Of a DNA stretch of 64,000 nucleotides, positions 57,567 to 64,000 are shown piece after piece (the stretch's first letter is position 1; every line of letters starts with the position of its first letter). Location of the stretch: the NCBI GenBank assembly GCA_965657545.1, contig CBFHOG010000005.1, positions 6,628-70,627 of the forward strand, read 5' to 3'. This stretch comes from Flavobacteriaceae bacterium. Lineage in GTDB: Bacteria > Bacteroidota > Bacteroidia > Flavobacteriales > Flavobacteriaceae. Below the pieces are notes generated by a model that worked only from the letters and a program-made list of their open reading frames with translations, had not been told where the DNA came from and did not search any database. A program made the position numbers and the translations under genes.

Positions 57567-59969
57567 TTAGTTTCTTAAAGGTTTACCTGTTTTTAGCATA
57601 TGTTGAATGCGTTCTAATGTTTTTCTTTCAGCACAAAGCGATAAAAAAGCCTCACGCTCGATGTCCAACAAATAGCGCTCGCTCACTTTTGTAGCTTGCG
57701 ACAAATCGCCACCTGCCATGACATAGGCTAGTTTGTTGGCGATTTTTTGGTCGTGTTCAGAAATGTATCGTCCAGCTTCCATGCTATCTGTTCCAACCAA
57801 AAACATTCCCAATGCTTGTTTTCCAAGTACTTTAATATCTGTGCGTTGTATTGGTTGTGTGTAACCGCGTTGCGCCATCAAAAGGGCTTCTTGTTTGGCA
57901 ATGCTCAATTGACGTTTGCTGTCTATGACAACTGTATCTTTTCCATTTTGAAGCACACCAATATCAAATGCCTCGTATGCCGAGGTAGCTACTTTTGCCA
58001 TACCAATAGCGAGGAAATATTCTTGTAAGACATTAAGCTCAACATCATTTTTACGGAAAGTATCGGCAGCTCGAAGTGTCATTTCTTTTGATCCACCACC
58101 CCCTGGAATAACGCCAACACCAAACTCCACGAGTCCAATGTAGGTTTCTGCAGCAGCAACCACTTTATCTGCATGCATGGAAAGTTCACAACCCCCGCCA
58201 AGTGCTAGACCATGTGGCGCAGCTACCGTGGGAATACTCGAGTAACGCATGCGCATCATGGTATCTTGAAAGTATTTTATTGCCATATTGAGCTCATCGT
58301 ATTCTTGCTCTACAGCCATCATAAAAATCATCCCCAAGTTGGCACCCGCTGAAAAATTAGCCCCATTATTTCCAACAACAACACCCTCATAGCCTGCCTC
58401 TGCCAAATCAATTCCTTTATTGATGCCTTGTAAAACACCTGCACCAATGGTATTCATTTTGGAGTGAAATTCGATGTTTAGAATGCCATCGCCTATGTCA
58501 ATAACCGAGCATTCTTTGTTTTGCCAAATCGTTTTATTTTCTCTGACATTGTCTAAAATAATAAAGGCATCCTGACCAGGAATTGGAACAAATGTTGCCT
58601 TGCCAATATTGTAATAATGCTTTTTGTTCGCCTCAAGTTTATAAAAGCAATCTTCTTTTGCAGCAAGTGTTTCAATCCAAGGGGCAACTGGGTGTCCAGC
58701 TTCTTTTATAAGTTCAATTCCTTTGGCCAATCCAACAGCATCCCAAAGCTCAAATGGTCCGTGCTCCCAGCCGAAACCAGCTTTCATGGCTTCATCAATA
58801 TGAAATAATTCATCCGCAATCTCGGGAATTCTAAACTGCACATAGGCAAAGGTTTCGCCAAGAACTTTTCTATAAAATGCAGCTGCTTTATCATTGCCGC
58901 TTATTAATATAGGAAAACGGTCTGCAACACGCTCAACTGTTTTTGTTTTTTCAAGTGTAGCAAACGAAGCCTTCTTTTTGGATCTGTACGTCATGTTATC
59001 CAAATCCAACACTTGAATCTCCGACTTTCCGTCTTTGTTTTTTATTTTTTTATAGAATCCTTGCCCGGTTTTACTGCCTAACCATTTTTCATCCATCATT
59101 TTTTGGATAAAATCAGGTAATGTAAAAACATCATGTCGCTCATCGTCAGGGCAGTTTTCATGCAGCCCGTTGGCAACATGAACAAGCGTGTCTAGACCTA
59201 CCACATCAACCGTTCTGAATGTAGCAGATTTTGGACGTCCCATTACAGGACCTGTAAGTTTATCTACTTCCTCTACCGTAAGCCCCATGGGTTTCATTTG
59301 ATGGAACAAACTCTGAATACAAAAAATCCCTATGCGATTTCCAATAAACGCGGGGGTGTCTTTTGCCAAAACGGATACTTTTCCTAAAAACCGGCTTCCG
59401 TAATCCATTAAGAAATCCACAACTTCTGGTTTGCAATTTGGTCCAGGAACCACTTCAAATAGTTTTAAGTAGCGCGGCGGATTAAAAAAGTGCGTCACCG
59501 TAAAGTGCTGCTGAAAATCTTCTGATCTTCCTTCGTTCATAAACTTGATTGGAATTCCAGATGTATTTGAACTCACAAGTGTTCCAGGTGTGCGGAATTT
59601 TTCCACTTGTTCAAACACGATTTTTTTAATGTCTAATCGCTCTACGACTACTTCAATAATCCAATCTACATCAGCAATTTTAGACATATCGTCTTCAAAA
59701 TTTCCTGTAGAGATACGTTCTTTAAATGCAGCGTGATAGAGTGGGGCAGGCTTGCTTTTAATGGCTTTTATCAGGTTTTCATTTACAATGCGATTGCGCA
59801 CTTGGGTATGTGAGGTGTCCAAACCTTTTGCTTTTTCAGCATCGTTTGGTTCTTTTGGAACTATATCCAAAAGCAACACCTCAGCTCCGATATTGGCAAA
59901 ATGACATGCTATGCCAGCACCCATAATTCCGGAACCTAAAACAGCAACTTTATTAATTCTTCTTTTCAT
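57567..59969 (-). CDS. bifunctional 3-hydroxyacyl-CoA dehydrogenase / enoyl-CoA hydratase, FadN-type domain order (dehydrogenase N-terminal)
   Basis: N-terminal Rossmann VAVLGSGIMGAGIA and a C-terminal crotonase-like ...NFSAGANL.... Length 800 aa. Confidence 0.88.
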   Translation of the reverse strand: MKRRINKVAVLGSGIMGAGIACHFANIGAEVLLLDIVPKEPNDAEKAKGLDTSHTQVRNRIVNENLIKAIKSKPAPLYHAAFKERISTGNFEDDMSKIADVDWIIEVVVERLDIKKIVFEQVEKFRTPGTLVSSNTSGIPIKFMNEGRSEDFQQHFTVTHFFNPPRYLKLFEVVPGPNCKPEVVDFLMDYGSRFLGKVSVLAKDTPAFIGNRIGIFCIQSLFHQMKPMGLTVEEVDKLTGPVMGRPKSATFRTVDVVGLDTLVHVANGLHENCPDDERHDVFTLPDFIQKMMDEKWLGSKTGQGFYKKIKNKDGKSEIQVLDLDNMTYRSKKKASFATLEKTKTVERVADRFPILISGNDKAAAFYRKVLGETFAYVQFRIPEIADELFHIDEAMKAGFGWEHGPFELWDAVGLAKGIELIKEAGHPVAPWIETLAAKEDCFYKLEANKKHYYNIGKATFVPIPGQDAFIILDNVRENKTIWQNKECSVIDIGDGILNIEFHSKMNTIGAGVLQGINKGIDLAEAGYEGVVVGNNGANFSAGANLGMIFMMAVEQEYDELNMAIKYFQDTMMRMRYSSIPTVAAPHGLALGGGCELSMHADKVVAAAETYIGLVEFGVGVIPGGGGSKEMTLRAADTFRKNDVELNVLQEYFLAIGMAKVATSAYEAFDIGVLQNGKDTVVIDSKRQLSIAKQEALLMAQRGYTQPIQRTDIKVLGKQALGMFLVGTDSMEAGRYISEHDQKIANKLAYVMAGGDLSQATKVSERYLLDIEREAFLSLCAERKTLERIQHMLKTGKPLRN

Positions 59970-59974
59970 TTGTT

Positions 59975-60415
59975 TTAGATTTTTTTTGATTGGATAAGTT
60001 CAATGATGGTTTCGGAAACTTCTCTAAAGGCTTCAATTTTCTTTTCACCAACCCGCTCTTCAATTTCCTTATTAAATTGTAGTACTAGTGATTTTGACAA
60101 ATCTCTTTTTTCTAGCCCTAACGGGGTAAGTTTGAGTAATACACTGCGGCCGTCTTCTGGATTCGGCACACGTTCAATAAGTTTTTTTTCTTCGAGTGTT
60201 TTCAGAGTTCTCGATAAGCTTGTTGCTTCCATTCCCATTTTAGGGGCAATGGCCGTAGAAGGAGTTCCATGAACTGGATCTATGGATAGCAATGCAAATC
60301 CAGTTGCCATGGTGGTATCGTATTTTGATGCCTGTTCGTTGTACATTTTGGCAATAGCTTGCCAGGTCGCACGATATAGTGCGTCAATTGTTGGGTATGA
60401 AGTGGTTACTAGCAT
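59975..60415 (-). CDS. MarR-family transcriptional regulator
   Basis: A 146-aa protein with a winged-helix region ...SLSRTLKTLEEKKLIERVPNPEDGRSVLLKLTPLG.... Start set at the ATG at 60415. The ORF-track GTG at 60445 lies inside the palindrome loop. Confidence 0.8.
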   Translation of the reverse strand: MLVTTSYPTIDALYRATWQAIAKMYNEQASKYDTTMATGFALLSIDPVHGTPSTAIAPKMGMEATSLSRTLKTLEEKKLIERVPNPEDGRSVLLKLTPLGLEKRDLSKSLVLQFNKEIEERVGEKKIEAFREVSETIIELIQSKKI

Positions 60416-60429
60416 ACCCCAAACATACA

Positions 60430-60459
60430 AAAAAATACTATGCACGCATAGTATTTTTT
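60430..60459 (-). promoter_or_regulatory. perfect 13-4-13 inverted repeat (candidate MarR operator and/or attenuator-terminator) between the FadD-like gene and marR
   Basis: AAAAAATACTATG-CACG-CATAGTATTTTTT. It overlaps the FadD-like stop codon by 2 nt and ends 14 nt upstream of the marR ATG. Confidence 0.45.
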
Positions 60460-62230
60460 ATAAATCGTAAATGGAATTAAAAAGCGTTTGGTATTTTTCT
60501 CTAATGCTTTTGCGTTTGAGTTTCATTGTAGGCGTTAGATGTCCATCCTCAACAGACCACACATCATCAGTGATTCTAATTTCTTTAATTTTTTCCCATT
60601 GCCCAAACCGTTCGTTGATTTCATTCACTTCATTCAATATTTTTTCATGAACTTTTTTATTGTGGCTCCAAGATTCATTTTTTGCCTGTGCAATACCATG
60701 TTTTGAAGCCCATGCTTCAACAGTTTCAATATTGGGTTGAATAAGTGCTGCAGGGAATTTTTGTCCCTCCCCAATTACCATGATTTGGTCTATAAACGTA
60801 GATTGTTTCATGGCATTTTCAATCACTTGTGGCGCAATGTATTTCCCTCCCGAGGTTTTGAACATTTCTTTTTTTCTGTCGGTGATTTTAAGAAAACCAT
60901 CGGCATCAATTACTCCTATATCCCCTGTGTGGAAAAAGCCGTCTTTGAGTACTTCATCCGTTTTTTCTTGGTCTTTATAATATCCTAACATGATATTTGG
61001 ACCCTTGCACAAAATTTCTCCGTCCTCAGCTATTTTTACGGTAACCCCATCAAGAACGGGACCTACAGAACCAATACGCATTTGTCCATTTCGCATATCA
61101 TTTACAGAAATTACTGGAGAAGTTTCTGTAAGTCCGTAACCCTCTGCAACGGTCATCCCAGCTGCGGTAAATACACGTGCCAACCTAGGTTGCAGTGCCG
61201 CACTTCCAGAGGCAATTAATTCAAGGTTTCCTCCCAAGGCTTCTTTCCATTTACTAAAAATAAGTTTTCTGGCAATTTTAAGTTGCAACTCGTACCACAA
61301 ACCGTTTTGTCCATATGGTTCATAACGAAGTCCCAAATCTACCGCCCAATAAAATAGTTTTTGTTTGATGCCCGAAAGTTCTGCTCCGCGCGCATATATT
61401 TTATCGTATAATTTTTCAAGAAGTCGAGGTACTGCAGTCATGACAATAGGGTTTACTTCCTTGAGATTATCCCCTATGGTTTCTAATGACTCAGCAAAAT
61501 AAATTCTTGTTCCAGAATATACATATAAGTACAATAGCATACGCTCATAGATATGGCAAAGTGGTAAAAAACTCAACGATTTTGCCTCACCGTAAGTAAG
61601 TGGAAGACGTTTTTGGCTGGCAATAACATTCGTTACAATATTATTATGGCTCAGCATAACCCCTTTTGGTTTTCCCGTCGTTCCAGAGGTGTAAATAATG
61701 GTCGCTAAATCTTCGGATTTGATATTCGATTTTCTGGTTTTAATTTCGTCCGTTTGTGCTTTGGTAGGTTTTTTTGAAAGGATTGATTTGAAATGATCAC
61801 ATCCCTTAATTTTATCAAAACTATACACCCCTTTTAGGTTTGCACATTGCGATTCAATTGCGCGGACTTTATCTAAAACTTCTTGGTCTGAGACAAAACA
61901 ATATGTTGCCTCAGCGTGGTTTAGAATGTAGGCGTAGTCTTCAGACGAGATAGTAGGGTAAATAGGAATATTTATTGCTCCAATTTGAGACATGCCAAAA
62001 TCTGCTAATACCCACTCGGTACGGTTTGTTGAAGAAATTATAGCAATTTTATCTCCTGCTTTAACGCCCAAGCTTAGCAAACCTGCACTACATCTGTCAC
62101 CTTGTTCTTTTACTTTTTTTGTTGAAAAACCAACCCATTTTCCGTTTACTTTTGAGTTTACGGCATTGTCTAGCGAGCGATGCTCGGACATTAAATCAAT
62201 AAAATCAAAAAGTCTTTTAGGTGTTTCCAT
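60458..62230 (-). CDS. long-chain fatty-acid-CoA ligase (FadD-like, AMP-binding family)
   Basis: Motifs YTSGTTGKPKGV, GYGLTETS and TGDIG...DRKKEMFK.SGGKYI.P. Start set at the ATG at 62230 (METPKRLFDF...). Confidence 0.88.
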   Translation of the reverse strand: METPKRLFDFIDLMSEHRSLDNAVNSKVNGKWVGFSTKKVKEQGDRCSAGLLSLGVKAGDKIAIISSTNRTEWVLADFGMSQIGAINIPIYPTISSEDYAYILNHAEATYCFVSDQEVLDKVRAIESQCANLKGVYSFDKIKGCDHFKSILSKKPTKAQTDEIKTRKSNIKSEDLATIIYTSGTTGKPKGVMLSHNNIVTNVIASQKRLPLTYGEAKSLSFLPLCHIYERMLLYLYVYSGTRIYFAESLETIGDNLKEVNPIVMTAVPRLLEKLYDKIYARGAELSGIKQKLFYWAVDLGLRYEPYGQNGLWYELQLKIARKLIFSKWKEALGGNLELIASGSAALQPRLARVFTAAGMTVAEGYGLTETSPVISVNDMRNGQMRIGSVGPVLDGVTVKIAEDGEILCKGPNIMLGYYKDQEKTDEVLKDGFFHTGDIGVIDADGFLKITDRKKEMFKTSGGKYIAPQVIENAMKQSTFIDQIMVIGEGQKFPAALIQPNIETVEAWASKHGIAQAKNESWSHNKKVHEKILNEVNEINERFGQWEKIKEIRITDDVWSVEDGHLTPTMKLKRKSIREKYQTLFNSIYDL

Positions 62231-62291
62231 ATGTGTTATCTTAATGCGTTGGCAAAAAGCCAATAGTCAAAAAAACGATATTTTTTTGATT

Positions 62292-64000
62292 TTACCTATT
62301 CAAAATCCAATTGAAGGCATCTTCAAATGCCAAAGTCCATGGGCTTACAGCATCTGTTCGGTCTTGTGGATAGTGTGCCCAATTCCATGGAAAAATAGAT
62401 CGCTCCAAGTGTGGCATCATCACCAAATGACGACCGTCATCGCTGCTGACCATAGCCGTATTAAAATCAGATCCATTGGGATTTGAAGGATACGTATCGT
62501 ATGCATATTTCCCTGAAATGGCGTAGGAGTTTTCTTCTTTTGGGAAAATAAATTTACCCTCGCCGTGTGCCGCCCAAATTCCCAATCGGCTGCCTTGTAA
62601 ACGCTGTAACATAATGGCAGGCGATTCTTCAATTACAACATCAGTAAATATACATTCGAACTTACCAGAATCATTGTGCTCCATACGAGGTTTTTCGTTG
62701 TGATTCGGATGTAAAAGCCCTAATTCAATAAATAATTGACAACCATTGCAAACGCCTAGACTTAAGGTGTCTGGACGTTCAAAAAATGTTTGAATTGCTT
62801 TTTTAGCATTCTCGTTATACTTAATGGTTCCTGCCCAACCTTTTGCAGACCCAAGTACATCGGAATTAGAAAATCCTCCAACGGCGACAAGTAGTTGAAT
62901 ATCGCTCAAATCTTCCCTTCCAGACGTTAAATCTGTCATGTGAACATCCTTTACCTCAAAACCAGCCATATGCATCATGTATGCCATTTCGCGTTCCGAG
63001 TTACTTCCTTTTTCCCTTAAAACGGCTGCTTTTATTTTTCGTTTTGGTGCTGGTTTTAGTTTCCCGTCAAAGTTTTTTGGGAATTTAAATTGTAGCGGTG
63101 TTTTATCAAAAGATTCGAATCGTGCAGTTGCTTGTTCTTCACCACTTTGTTTTTGATCTAATAAATATGAACTTTTAAACCAATGTTTTCTATATATCGA
63201 GATGTCAAATTGATAATCTGTACGATCCCCTTTAACAATCAGCATATTTGATTTTGTCAATGTTCCAACACGTTCAATCGCAATTCCCTTTTTCTTTAAT
63301 TTTCCTGCTGTTTCACGATCGGTTTGAATTAAAACACCTACTTGTTCTGATAGTAGTGTTTGTTCAGCGCTGTATTCGGATTTTGATAATTTCACATCTA
63401 AGCCTATGCCATCAGCAGCAAAACACATTTCGAGAAGAGATGTGATTAGTCCACCCGAACTTATATCGTGACCAGCTTTAACAGTGCCTTTTATAATCTC
63501 TTTTTGAATGGTATTAAACACTGTTTTAAAATATTTGGCTTCAGCAACATCGGGTGCTTGTACTCCAATAGCTTGATTGAGTTGTCCATATGCGGAGCCA
63601 CCTAAAGCAGATTTACAATCGGATAAATCAATGTGATACACATCACCACCACCATGCTTTAACTCTGGAGTCACAACTTTGTCAATAGCATTACAATGGC
63701 CCCCTGCAGAAATAATAACCGTTCCAGGCGCTATAACCTCTTGGTCGTTATATTTTTGTTTCATTGACAGCGAATCTTTGCCCGTCGGTATATTGATTCC
63801 CAGACTGATAGCAAAATCCGAGCAGGCTTTTACCGCTTCGTAAAGTCGTGCATCTTCTCCCGGATTGTTGCATGGCCACATCCAGTTTGCAGATAGACTT
63901 ACTGATGATAATCCCTCTGAAATGGGAGCCCAAATAATATTTGTTAAAGCTTTGGCGATAGCATTTTTGCTACCCAAGCCTGCATCGATGAGTCCAACAA
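62292..64000 (-). CDS. purL: phosphoribosylformylglycinamidine synthase (large single-chain PurL), C-terminal part; 5' end outside the window
   Basis: The frame stays open to the right edge; the ORF-track Met at 63977 is internal. C-terminal GATase domain with GVCNGCQ and ...HGEGKF...; AIR-synthase-like repeats lie upstream. Confidence 0.9.
   Translation of the reverse strand, partial: VGLIDAGLGSKNAIAKALTNIIWAPISEGLSSVSLSANWMWPCNNPGEDARLYEAVKACSDFAISLGINIPTGKDSLSMKQKYNDQEVIAPGTVIISAGGHCNAIDKVVTPELKHGGGDVYHIDLSDCKSALGGSAYGQLNQAIGVQAPDVAEAKYFKTVFNTIQKEIIKGTVKAGHDISSGGLITSLLEMCFAADGIGLDVKLSKSEYSAEQTLLSEQVGVLIQTDRETAGKLKKKGIAIERVGTLTKSNMLIVKGDRTDYQFDISIYRKHWFKSSYLLDQKQSGEEQATARFESFDKTPLQFKFPKNFDGKLKPAPKRKIKAAVLREKGSNSEREMAYMMHMAGFEVKDVHMTDLTSGREDLSDIQLLVAVGGFSNSDVLGSAKGWAGTIKYNENAKKAIQTFFERPDTLSLGVCNGCQLFIELGLLHPNHNEKPRMEHNDSGKFECIFTDVVIEESPAIMLQRLQGSRLGIWAAHGEGKFIFPKEENSYAISGKYAYDTYPSNPNGSDFNTAMVSSDDGRHLVMMPHLERSIFPWNWAHYPQDRTDAVSPWTLAFEDAFNWILNR

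Noticed and set aside
62249-62263. The small palindrome TTGGCAAAAAGCCAA after the purL stop, considered as a terminator.
   Set aside because: It has only a 5-bp stem and is not followed by a U-tract on the minus strand. It also lies within what must be the promoter region of the FadD-like gene. It is too weak to call.
61992-62486. A 164-aa plus-strand ORF bridging the 5' end of the FadD-like gene and the purL 3' end.
   Set aside because: It is antisense to two strongly supported genes. Only the 61-bp spacer is unique to it, and it shows no motif.

Overview
This is a chromosomal segment of a Flavobacteriia-type (Bacteroidota) genome. That placement rests on SusC/SusD pairs, T9SS C-terminal sorting domains, recurrent TAnnTTTG '-7' promoter boxes and a lack of Shine-Dalgarno sequences. 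All calls come from reading the supplied translations and DNA; no searches were run.

Layout:
- 1-356: 5' part of a SpoU/TrmH RNA methyltransferase gene.
- 0.4-15.2 kb: two tandem SusC/SusD outer-membrane uptake loci on the minus strand. Their only associated enzymes are two paralogous S8 subtilisin-like peptidases with T9SS sorting domains. There is also one Calx-beta-like surface lipoprotein and one secreted hypothetical protein.
- 15.2-15.9 kb: the largest non-coding gap in the window (387 bp), followed by a small HTH-like ORF.
- 16.0-22.7 kb: tightly coupled menaquinone operon menF-D-B-A-C-E (minus strand).
- 22.9-39.7 kb: fused str-S10-spc-alpha ribosomal super-operon, 32 genes from rpsL to rplQ. 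It includes rpmJ, which is missing from the ORF track.
- 39.8-45.8 kb: carA-eno-gltA, a hypothetical gene and argS.
- 45.9-47.6 kb: a DTE-motif proteorhodopsin and a divergent blh (retinal synthesis).
- 47.6-54.6 kb: ffh, folD, queE, a YkgJ-type Cys-cluster protein, an FtsX/LolE-like permease, a CBS/CysK-family PLP enzyme and an M28 peptidase.
- 54.6-62.2 kb: a Bacillus-like beta-oxidation operon (FadD-like ligase, marR, fadN-fadA-fadE-like genes).
- 62.3-64.0 kb: 3' part of purL.

I saw no rRNA, tRNA, CRISPR array, transposase, integrase or recognisable defence genes.

The best candidate for under-described biology is the pair of peptidase-only SusC/SusD loci (candidate protein/peptide-utilisation loci). 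They have an unusual terminator placement, dual sorting signals on one peptidase and no recognisable regulator. The rest of the window is mostly conserved housekeeping DNA. Its smaller regulatory curiosities are predicted leaderless transcripts, a 13-4-13 palindrome in front of marR and an rpsL-rpsG hairpin.
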